Assembly: GCA_016748015.1 (NCBI GenBank)
Contig: JAAOMT010000098.1
Coordinates: 62,310-126,309 of the forward strand
Source of the DNA: Geosiphon pyriformis uo1
Lineage: Eukaryota > Fungi > Glomeromycota
Direction: 5' to 3'
DNA length: 64,000 nt
This document shows, in pieces, positions 53,852 to 64,000 of the stretch (position 1 is the first letter of the stretch; every line of letters begins with the position of its first letter). The position numbers and the translations under genes were made by a program. The notes beneath the pieces are model-generated. The model had not been told where the DNA came from. It saw only the letters and a program-made list of their open reading frames with translations, and did not search any database.

Positions 53852-54635
53852 CCTGAGCTCGTATTACGACTTCAGATCTGTACTAATTTGGTTCCATTGC
53901 ACGTATTGTTAAATTGGAAAAAGTGGTTGGTGGTGGATTTATGGCTATTGTAGAAGGTAACTATTAAATATTCTAGGAATGTTAAAAAAAAAATGGTTGA
54001 ACCAAGAAAATCTAATTTTTCCTTCCTGATGATTTTTATAAAGGTGTTGCTCGTATAAGAATTGATCGATGTGTCACACTGAGACCATTTTTGAGGCCGA
54101 AGTAACGGCATTCCCGGAACTAAGTACCTGAAATTAAACTTGCAAATTCTAAAATCCTTTCTTAAAATCAAAATTTAATACAAGATCTTATAACTTCTTT
54201 GAAATCGACTACCCGGGAACTTTTGGCGATGCTTCAAGATCTTAAAATCCCTTTCTTAGCAGCACTTCAAAAATATATCGATGGTGTGCCTGCTGGATCC
54301 TTAGCTGACCTGGTTATTAGCCCCTTACAAAGAAAAGTTTGAAATCCTTGATGTTATCAGCCTCAAAACAAGAATATCACGAGCGATTGATTTACTAAGG
54401 AGGCAGATTCATTTAGGCTAGTTTATAGATTTTTTATACTGAAAACCGGTAAAAAATTCATTCAACGGTCAAAGGAAAATTAAATAAAAAACAAAAAGAA
54501 TTTTATTTAAGGCGACAGGTAGTTTCATAATAGCTTAATATGATTAATTTTAAATTTCATAACGGGGAATTTTTCTATAAATCTCCTGCGTTTTAACAGC
54601 TTGCATTTGATGATATTGCTGATTTATCTAAACGA
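53852..54635 (+). pseudogene. Partial, intron-retaining, deleted duplicate of the 5' part of the Lon gene (48027-49238)
   Basis: Near-identical exon and intron sequence (gaaaaagtggttggtggtggatttatggctattgtagaaggtaactattaaatattctaggaatgtt) with stops, indels and several deletions. Confidence 0.95.
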
Positions 54636-56154
54636 AATTCTTAAGTAAAACAATCCAAATGTGCAGAAATTGATTAAAATTTTTAAATAAAATATTTCTA
54701 ATTAATTGTCAATCAAATATTTTGTTCAGAAATTTGTTAAAATCAGAATTTTATTAATTGATAGTAAGTAAAAAAAACTTGATATAAAATTAACTTAATT
54801 TGTCAAAAATTGAAATTTGCAAAAAGGTAAAAAGTTTCTCTTATAATTTGTTGTGGATACAGAATGAAAACTGAAATACCTATTTTATTGTTTCATTTGA
54901 AAGGAATTCAATTTTGACTCGCTCAAAGTTTTCCAATAATATGGGTGAAAGATTTTTGAAAGGTAAACAAATTCAATAGTTAAATTAATTCTATTATCTT
55001 ATCTTCATTTATATAACTGTGCCGCTAAATTTTTACACTATTTAGATTTTTTCCAAGTGTAAAATCGCAAAACTCTCAGAAATAAAGATTTCGGAGCTCA
55101 AAATTGTGAAAATACTAATATATCTGTGCCACACTCATTAATTGATAGACTGATATTAACAAGTTTCGAAATTGTCCCAAAATACTCTGGGCAGAACTAA
55201 ACTATTAGTAGTGCTAGTTTTATTAGACGCCAAGTGGTATTCAAATCACTTGTCTTTAAAATTTTTGATTGGATAATTAGTCTCATTCTCTTGAATAGTT
55301 GAAATCTTGATTTCAATCAAATCAGCCAGAATAGAATTAGTATGATGCAACTGCTTACAATATTTCTTGCATAATAGCTAATTCAAATTTTTACTTCTTG
55401 CTTTTCCCCCCACCTCACCACTGTATAACGTACATATTAAAGGTCAATCACGCGGCGCACCACACGATCAACCAGGAGCAAAAATTTTCCTGTCGAGATT
55501 CCCCTTAGAGAATTCGAAGTGACGACCGTCAGTGCTGTGCAATACTAACAATCATCACTTGTATGATCATCTCCATGATTGTGACCAAACCCAGGCAGGT
55601 AAGTATGAAATTAATTTCGTTAGAAAGTGCAAGTATTTATTATAATTGAGGGGTAATTGGGAGGGTGGATTAAAATTGTGGGAAGTTTCTCAATAGAGTA
55701 ATTCACAAATTCCCCAAGTTCTGATTTTGCCCAACACTAATTTTAATTTTTGAAAATTCTTAGATACTAATAATTACATCATCAGAATTTAAATACTACC
55801 TTTGATGATAAAGCCGATGAAATAAATAACTCAAAACTTGCAGGAAAACCATTATCCTACTGGAAATCTGCTATCCTCATCAATGGCTTCGCAAACAACA
55901 ATCATGATAATACGGGTTAAAAATTTCAAAATATATACTTTTAATCAAGTTTTTTCTAACTTATCGAGGCTTTGCCGAAATATTATATATCGACGCACAG
56001 CCTTCCACATACACTTTCTCTTGTTTTTATTCCTTGCCACTTAAATTTTTCTTATAAATGACCTTATTGACAGCTACCTTCTCGACTCCCTAGCTGAATA
56101 TATCAAACCCATCAAATTATCCAAACTTTAACAACGAAATATATATCTTACAAA

Positions 56155-57285
56155 ATGAATTTGAACTCGTTTTTTCTTAAAAATATCTTCCTCTTGGTTT
56201 CTTTCGTAGGGTTAGCACTAACATTTGTACGAGATGGACAACCTGAATCATCATTAGACACATCTTCAGGGCCACGATTATCGAATATTCAACAAATTAA
56301 TACCGAAAATAAAAATGATTCGAGCCTCAATAATAAGAGCAACGCATTAGTTAATAATGAACCAAAGCCGAGTCCGAGTTCTGGAGATAATTCTTCTCAG
56401 TCATCTTCTTCAAAGTGAGTTTCTTCTTGAAAATAAAAAATATTGAATGAAACTTAACATATAAAATTTTTTTGCAATTCATGATTTTGAAAAATTTAGG
56501 GAAACATCAAAATCGGTTACAACGAGTGGAAAGCAAGAATCAACTTTAACTCCAACTACCCAACCATCCGGTCGATCATCAACAACCACTTCGAGGTAAT
56601 TAAAATGTCATCCTTCCTAGCTAAACTTGAGTTTTAACAATTTCTTTTTCAAGCTCACAACCATCCCCATCTGAATCTTCCTCATCAAGTCAATCCGCCA
56701 GCAGCAGCAACAACAACAAAACGACGCCACAATCTAGCACACAAACGCCCGAATCCAGTCAAACAGCTTCGCCTACTACCACTGATAAGGGTAATAAAAG
56801 TGGGAATTCATCTACACCGCAGCCGACACCAGCTAGTGCTAGCGGATCATCGAACAATGGTGGCGGATCACAGAACACTGACTCGTCTAATAAAAATTTG
56901 GACAGGTAATGTTAACAGATTTCAAAATTTCTTTTCAACTTACTTTCGCCGAGTCTAATAGTATTCTTCGAGTTCATAGCAATGAAAACCAAAGTAATGG
57001 GTAAGATTAGCACAACGTTTAAGCCTTAAAAAATTCATTCTCACTAACTAATTAATTAATTAACTAATTAACTCATTCACTCATTCTCTTATTTCTCGGT
57101 TAACATTATCTAGAAAATCAACAGAAACTTCATCCGTAATCGTAGTTAAGACGCAAAGCGGAGTAATAACTCCGACTAAAACATCTCCAGTTCTATTCTC
57201 GGCTGGAAATGTGTTAATCTTCGAATCAAATATAGGTATAGTCGCATTAATTGCTACTGGTTTTGCCATCCTTTTTTTGAGATGA
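56155..57285 (+). CDS. Secreted Ser/Thr/Asn-rich protein with GPI-anchor-like tail. Exons 56155-56414, 56500-56595, 56654-56905, 56980-57000, 57114-57285
   Basis: N-terminus MNLNSFFLKNIFLLVSFVGLALT, four GT-AG introns in frame including a 21-nt microexon, and the end SAGNVLIFESNIGIVALIATGFAILFLR*. A possible upstream UTR intron lies at 55599-55763. Confidence 0.85.
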
Positions 57286-58954
57286 CATAATTTAGCATGA
57301 GAACGATGGTTCTGAGGAAAATCGTCATTCTATGCAAACGTCATGTGACTTGAGCTTATTCTAAATGTTTGAAGCTTTATCATTGGAATGGGAAATTATA
57401 ATAAAATTTGTAAATATTAATAATTAGTGAAAAAATAAAGTATTTAAGAAAGGTGTTAAAACAATCTATCTTGTAATAATGTAGCATTTGATATTATCAA
57501 ATTGATTTCTAAAATATGAGAAACAAAATAATAACATTACAAACATATTAAACAGCAAAATCATTTTAAATTATCCCTTTTATAAAAATAGTAATATTTA
57601 TATTTGATAAATTTTCTTTACACGTTTAAACAAATTGTTGATATTCGGGATTGAAGACTTTAAAGAATTTCCTTAATAGAAATTCAATTAATAATAGTTA
57701 GAGATATTATCAAAGTGCAAAAATTAAGATATATGTGACAACTGTTACTAATAAACAATGATAGGTTATTTTTCACAAATGACTTTTTTGGTTTGTAATA
57801 GACTTTCACTTATAACAATCATTTAAATTTTAGAATTTTGAAATCGAATTATATTCAGATTTTAATAATTGAGCAACAAATTACAGGAATTATAACCAGT
57901 AAACCAATTTTTTTCAAGAAAGCTTGTTGATAAAATACAATTTGAGAAATCGGTTATTAAAAAAATGGTATAATGTAAAACTTTTCCAAACTTCTTATTG
58001 GAGAATTCTAATATTCCACGTCAATTAACCAGTATTCGTGAAAATAAAATCAGGTTTGAAATTTGAAATCGAGAAAGTTCAAAAATATTCATTGAAATTT
58101 ATGTCCTCTATCAATTCAAAATGTAACCATTCCAATAATATAAAATTATCTGAGTGGAATTATTATTATTGAATGTGTTGTCAATTTCAATAAACTAGTA
58201 AATTTTTGGCAACAAAAAACTCGATGTTATTCTTTATAATAAGAATAACATGGTTGTTTCTTGTACAATCAAATTATAATAATATTCCTAACGAGAGAAA
58301 CTAGTTTTATAATAATTTAATTTGAAAATATTTTTTAAAGAATTTCACAATTTGGATGTTTGTCAGTTATTATTTTTATTTAAAAAAGATAATTATTTTA
58401 TAGTTTGACAGTGGTAAATATTAAAATGGGCAGTTTTTAATAAATAGAATCACAATGTTGACATTGTAGCAGTTGTGGTAATAATCTTCCTTTGAGTGTT
58501 ATGAGAGAAGAGAACTGAGACCTAATAATAAAGAAATAATAAAAAAGAATATAATTTTAATATATAAGTGATAAGTTATAGCGACAATTTTTTAAACATA
58601 TAAACACAGAGAAACAATATACCGTAATTTGCCGCGTAAAAGACCTGGGTCTGTTACATTTCAACCCTTGATTTTTTGATCTAGACCTCCTCCCCCCCCC
58701 CCGGATCTATTGTTCAAAAGAGGGTATTGTATTTGGGGGGTATAGTGTTAAGGGCATTATATTTGGAGGGTATTAATCACGACTTTGTCTATCATTACCT
58801 TTTTTATAACATCTAATTAATATTATAGAGCCCATGTGCTAACCCCGCCTTTAAAAAAATCAGTTTCCAAACGTAATATTAAATGAAGCTTTTCAAAAAC
58901 AAAACCCTCTTTGAATAATAATCTATTCACATTTTATCCGCACTTATTCACATC

Positions 58955-60359
58955 ATGGAAAACAAAGAAATTAAAAGAACTCTTCTGGGGGCTCATGATT
59001 GCAACGAGTATGAAGTGTGTCAGAGAAACAAAAATAATAATGGGTGTCCTGAATGCCAGTTCATATTTTTTGAACAAATTTATTGCGACTTTTCAAGCGG
59101 CAACAAAGAATTTGATAAAATAATTAAAAATCCAGTTTATAGTAAATACTGTTTGAGTTACTATGAATGGATTCCATGGGGGCGTTTGTCGAATATCAAA
59201 GAATTTGGTAGAGGAGGGTTCGTTATAATTTATAAAGCAACATGGGTTGATAGATTAATTGCAAACTGGACAATAAAACATCATGGTAAATTGGAATATG
59301 AAAGAGAAGGAATATATAAAGAGGTAGCAATAAAAATTATCCCAACGAACAGTTCCGAAGCGTTTAAAGAGGTAAACAAGGTATCATCATTTATATTTAT
59401 ATTAATTCATATTTACCCATTATTTATTTTACTCTATATTATTGTTTATTTATTTGTATTATCTATTATTTATTCTATTTATTATATCATCTATTTAACA
59501 TTTTTTACACTGTTGATAGTTTGCTGAGAAGGGTCGATACTTGGAAAATATCTCTAGAATATTGAGGATTACGCAAAACGCTGAAACACTCGAGTATGGA
59601 ATTGTGATGGAGTTTGCCAAACTCGGAGATATGCGAAAATATTTATCAACAAATTTCATTTGAAGAGTTGGCATGATAAATTAGAAATCGTATGGGATAT
59701 AGCTCGTGGACTTGCTACTATTCATTCTTCTGATATGGTTCATCGTGACCTACACTCGGGCAACATCCTGCAATTAAGTACCAGTTATGTAACTATTGGA
59801 AACAGAGGAAAAAAAGATATATGGAGTGATTCCATACATTCCACCAGAAGTTTTAAAAGGAGAAAAGTTTACTTCGGCTGACGATATTTATAGTTTGTCC
59901 ATGTTATTATGGGAATTAGCAACAGGAAAGCCTCCTTTTCATGATCGTTCTCATGATCACTCTCTCGTGATGGATATTCTTTATAATAATATTAGACCTA
60001 AGATTACCTCACCACTTTTTCCACCTTGTTACGCTGAACTCATTAAAAAGTGTTGGGATGTTAATCCTGAGAATCGTCCTACTGCGGAAGAAGTTGAAGA
60101 GAAGTTTTGGGAATTTTCGAACATGTATAGCCAGTATTTCGACAAGGATACTACAGATGAAAAGTCAACGATAGAAGAGTTTACATATCAAGAGGCTAAA
60201 ACTGTGGCTCCCCAGTTTTTAAAAATTAATGATTACTTAGAAGCAATGGCAGAAGGCAGGAACGTGAGAAGAAATTACTTAATGACACCCATTCATCCAG
60301 GAGCGGTTTATATAAGTCGTCTTTTAACTTTCCAAATGATTAAAGAAACAAAAGGTTAG
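58955..60359 (+). pseudogene. TKL kinase with Cys-rich N-terminus, disabled
   Basis: WIPW, GRGGFV, VAIK, HRDLHSGNIL and YIPPE motifs; intron 59372-59519. A 1-nt loss near 59654 gives TGA, and a frameshifting deletion near 59798 removes the DLG/DFG motif. Confidence 0.85.
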
Positions 60360-60949
60360 TTTATCTATTTTTATATTGATTATTTCTTTGATTTAATTTA
60401 AATTAAATTACTTTACTATTTTAAAAGAATTCGTGTTTCTCCCTAAAGGTAAGAAGTTAAAAAAAGATTAAATATGAATTTATGGATATGCTATTTTTTT
60501 AACACTTATTTAATTTGTTATATAACATATTTAGACAAGTCTTAATAAACCTAATCGTGATTGGTTATCTTCATTTCCCATTTGTAATAATCATGTTAAA
60601 ACTCTAATAATATTAATTTTATCACATAGTAGATTTTTTCATAAATGGTATGTTCTAGATAATGTAAGATGCGATTTATAATTTATCGAACTAATGGGTA
60701 GAATGCTAAATTTTTTTTTGCATGTCTCCATATAAATAAATTTAAATATACCTCTTTAAAGAGTTTATTACTATTCTGCAAAGATGTCTTAATAAATTTT
60801 ATTAGTACTTTGAATTAATTTTGTTTCTTTATATTTCATTTTACTATGATGTTTCATGCTATCTAAATCAATTAATCCATCAATGTATGTTGCTTTATTA
60901 AATGTACCGATCCTTCTCTAGCGATTTTATTAATATTCTTCATGGAATC

Positions 60950-61860
60950 CAAGAATAATAAAAACCTTTAATATAATAGTTATTATTTTATTATTAATCA
61001 TTCAATAATTTCATATTATTTATTACAATCCTAGTGATTAAAAAATAATCATAAATTTTTTAGATTTTATTTTCATATAAAAAAATACAATTATTTAATA
61101 TTTTTTAAACGAATGTGGTTTTGGATTTCCTGTTTAAATCTATTATTAGTGTTTTGAAAATATAATATATTGTAAATCAAATCATAAATAAAATATTTAT
61201 AAAATATGATTTTTAAAAAAAAACCTATTTAAAAACCTTTATTTTAAACCACATTTAAATTCTTATATAACTTTTTAATAAAGATAATAAAAATATTCAA
61301 TAAATAACTAAAGTAGTTTTTAAAATTTTATCAAATATAAAACACTATCCAGAAAAAAGTTATGAAACACTTTACATTTTTATTATTTATGTTACAAAAA
61401 TAATAAAAATAGCTTTGAAATTTTATTTATAGATATATATATATTAAGTATTTATTAATATTATGAAATTTATTAAAAATTTATAATTAATAATCAAAAC
61501 AAAAAAGATAATTAATTATATTTATTTTGTACTTTTTGATATAAATGCAAAAATTTGTAAAATCTTTATGGATTTTGAAATATCCAAAATTAAAAGAAAA
61601 AATTATTACTCTTTCAGAAAAAATATCTGTATGTAAAATACAAAACAACTCAATTATTCTAAATCAATTATTTAAAAATAACTAATAATATTTAATTTTT
61701 ACTAAAATTATCTTTTTTTAATGAATTTCAAAGAGTATAAAATGAAAATAAAACAAAATTTAATAAGAAAAATTTAGTATCTACTATAAAACATAATGGA
61801 AAAAGAATTATAATATAGAAATGTTTTTGTAAAAAATATTGTTAATTTTCAATAAATTTT
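60950..61860. other. AT-rich decayed spacer between tandem kinase copies
   Basis: Very low GC and no ORFs. Confidence 0.4.
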
Positions 61861-62609
61861 AAAGAAACTAGTTTTATCAGTTGAAAATATTCAATTAAGC
61901 GTTAAGTCTATAGAGTAATCATAGAATAAGAATTTCACAATTTGGTTGTTGTCAGATATTAATCTTATTTAAAAAAGAATCTGATTTTATATTTTGATAG
62001 TTTTCGATCAGGGATAAATATTAAAATGAGGGCATTTCTTAATAATAAATAGAACCACAATGTTGAACTTATATCTTAGCACAAGTGCTAAGATATTGTG
62101 ATTTCTCTACCATTTTGAGTTATCAATTCATATTAGCTTAATCAATTTGATATTCCCCAATTCATTCGTGATATGAGAGAAAAATTTTCTAATTTAGTTT
62201 GGAGAGAACTGTGACCTAATACTTAAAGAAATAATGAAAAATAATAAAAATCTCTATTGTTAAAGCATAAGGTTAAAAATATTTTATTTTAAAAGATAAT
62301 CGTTTTTTAATACTTAGAAATCCGAAATAAAAATACCCATTACCTATTAATAGAATATAGTATTAAATATGTAAGTGATAGGTCATTTAATTATTTGTAA
62401 ATGATAGTGATACTAATGATACGATATGCCTAAACCGTGTTGTTATCATTATTGTTGCTGTTATCATTGCTCTATAAAGAAATTAAACTACTTGTTTAGG
62501 TAACAAGACAATGTGATAGTGGAAAACTTGTTGTGTACTACAACTACTTTTAAGGTTAAGGAATGAATGTATCCTATTCCCATTTTATCCTTTGCCCTTT
62601 ATTCACACC

Positions 62610-63460
62610 ATGGAAAACAAAGAAGTTAAAAGAACTCGTCCATACGCTGATGATTGCAACCTGTGTGAAAAATGTCAAGAGTGTATTCGAGATCGATGGA
62701 ATAAGTGCCCTGCGTGCAATTTCATATTTTTTGAGAAACTTTATAAGAACTTTTCAAGCGGCAATAAAGAAGTGGATGAAATAATTAAGAATCCTATATA
62801 TATTCCACCTAATCAATCTGATAATTATGAGGGTAGAGTTAATTATTATGAATGGATTCCATGGGAGGGTTTGTCGAATATCAACGAAATTGCTAGAGGA
62901 GGGTTCGGTATAATTTATAAAGCAACTCTAATGGATGGATTAATTGATGAATATCGTATAAAGCATCATGATGAAATGGAATATGAAAGAAAGGGAGAAA
63001 AGAAATAGCAATAAAAATTATGAAAACGAACAGTTCAGAAGTGTTTAAAGAGGTGAACAAAACTATTATTATTATTTATATATTTGTATTTATGTTTAAT
63101 TCATATTTAGCTATTATTTATTTAACTATTTACTTAACTTATTATTTTTTACACTTTCGATAAGTTAAATATTCAAAGACCTATCGCAATTAATATTATT
63201 AATAAAGGTGGGTATTTGAGGAATATTTCTTCAATATATGGGATTACGCAAAACGCTGAAAAATTTGAGTATGGAATTGTGATGGAGTTTGCCTCAGAAG
63301 GAGACATGCGAAAATATATATCAACAAATTTTCATTCTACAAGTTGGTGGAGTAAATTAAGGATCGCGAGGAATATAGCTTCTGGACTTGATTCAATTCA
63401 TTCTTCTAGTATGGTTCATCGTGACCTACACTCGGGCAACATCCTACAATATAATCCTCA
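62610..63460 (+). pseudogene. Tandem paralog of the 58955 kinase, frameshifted and 3'-truncated
   Basis: MENKEVKRT, NFSSGNKEVDEIIKNP, WIPW and ARGGFG. A frameshift near 63000 precedes IAIK, and kinase similarity stops after HRDLHSGNILQ. The upstream flank 61863-62380 resembles 58297-58575. Confidence 0.85.
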
Positions 63461-64000
63461 TTGTGATTTTGTATCAGTGATTCCTTTCTGGCCATTTTCA
63501 GGTCATTTACTTTACTATCCGAATCTCTATTTTCAGAACCCTTTTCAATTATTGTTTCTCCTTCAATACTTCCTGATGACTCTTCAATATTAATATTTTC
63601 CTTATTATTAACGCTGGATATTCCTATTTCTTGATGAACTTTTAATGTTTTTTCTTCAATCACTCTCAGTTGAGTAATCTCATTTTTATTATTTTCCATA
63701 ATTACTTCACTTTCATTTCCTTTGCGTTCCGGATTTTCTTCGTCTTCTAGATTTTCTTTGCGTTCTGAATTTTCTTCGTCTGCTAGATTTTCTTTGCGTT
63801 CCAGGTTTTCTTCGTCTTTTAGATTTTCTTTGTCTTCTAAATTTTCTTTGCGTTCTAAATTTTCTTCGTCTGCTAGATTTTCTTTGCGTTCCAGGTTTTC
63901 TTCGTCTTTTAGATTTTCTTCGTCTTCTAGATTTTCTTCGTCTTCTAGATTTTCTTCGTCTGCTAGATTTTCTTCGTCTTCTAGATTTTCTTTGCGTTCT
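63406..64000 (-). CDS. 3' part of an acidic low-complexity ORF with hexapeptide repeats, open to the window edge
   Basis: The frame of the 63406-63699 ORF stays open upstream to 64000: ..ENLEDEENLERKENLADEENSERKENLEDEENPERKGNESEVIMENNKNE.. The 5' end is outside the window. Confidence 0.55.
   Translation of the reverse strand, partial: ERKENLEDEENLADEENLEDEENLEDEENLKDEENLERKENLADEENLERKENLEDKENLKDEENLERKENLADEENSERKENLEDEENPERKGNESEVIMENNKNEITQLRVIEEKTLKVHQEIGISSVNNKENINIEESSGSIEGETIIEKGSENRDSDSKVNDLKMARKESLIQNHNEDYIVGCCPSVGHDEPY
63720..64000 (-). repeat. 18-bp tandem repeat (tagattttcttcgtcttc and tagattttctttgcgttc variants), about 15 copies, truncated by the window
   Basis: Directly visible. 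Confidence 0.95.

Noticed and set aside
53872-54171. 99-aa minus-strand ORF
   Set aside because: It is the antisense of the Lon pseudogene. Other short antisense ORFs (6927, 7420, 7881, 27900, 29724, 29863, 39958, 42047, 50168, 57081) are likewise shadows of real genes.

Overview
AT-rich, intron-containing fungal nuclear DNA. The expanded TKL-type kinases with HxDLHSGNIL, the MGN-start methyltransferase and the Ig-like/EDIPQ membrane protein point to Glomeromycotina or a relative (inference). Genes I could reconstruct by hand: three Ser/Thr-rich, signal-peptide, GPI-anchor-like surface proteins (725-1624, 18497-21543, 56155-57285), a TKL kinase, a C2H2 zinc-finger/coiled-coil protein probably using a GC-AG intron, a SAM methyltransferase, a secreted Q/N/T-rich protein, a degenerate STAND-like P-loop protein head-to-head with a homeobox gene, Rho3, a 10-exon Ig-like multipass membrane protein and peroxisomal Lon (C-terminal SRL). 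The rest holds five kinase pseudogenes or fragments, extremely AT-rich decayed islands and microsatellites. Three observations stand out. (1) Every intron I can place in the three surface-protein coding regions is phase 2, giving symmetric, skippable exons. (2) A 3-kb mosaic at 51.5-54.6 kb combines an inverted copy of the downstream gene's 3' end, a dispersed repeat, an FMO fragment and a Lon fragment, two of them with microhomology-bounded deletions. (3) A kinase is truncated by a convergent acidic hexapeptide-repeat ORF at the window end. I recognised no RNA genes, CRISPR arrays or intact transposons. All exon calls are manual and unverified by transcripts.
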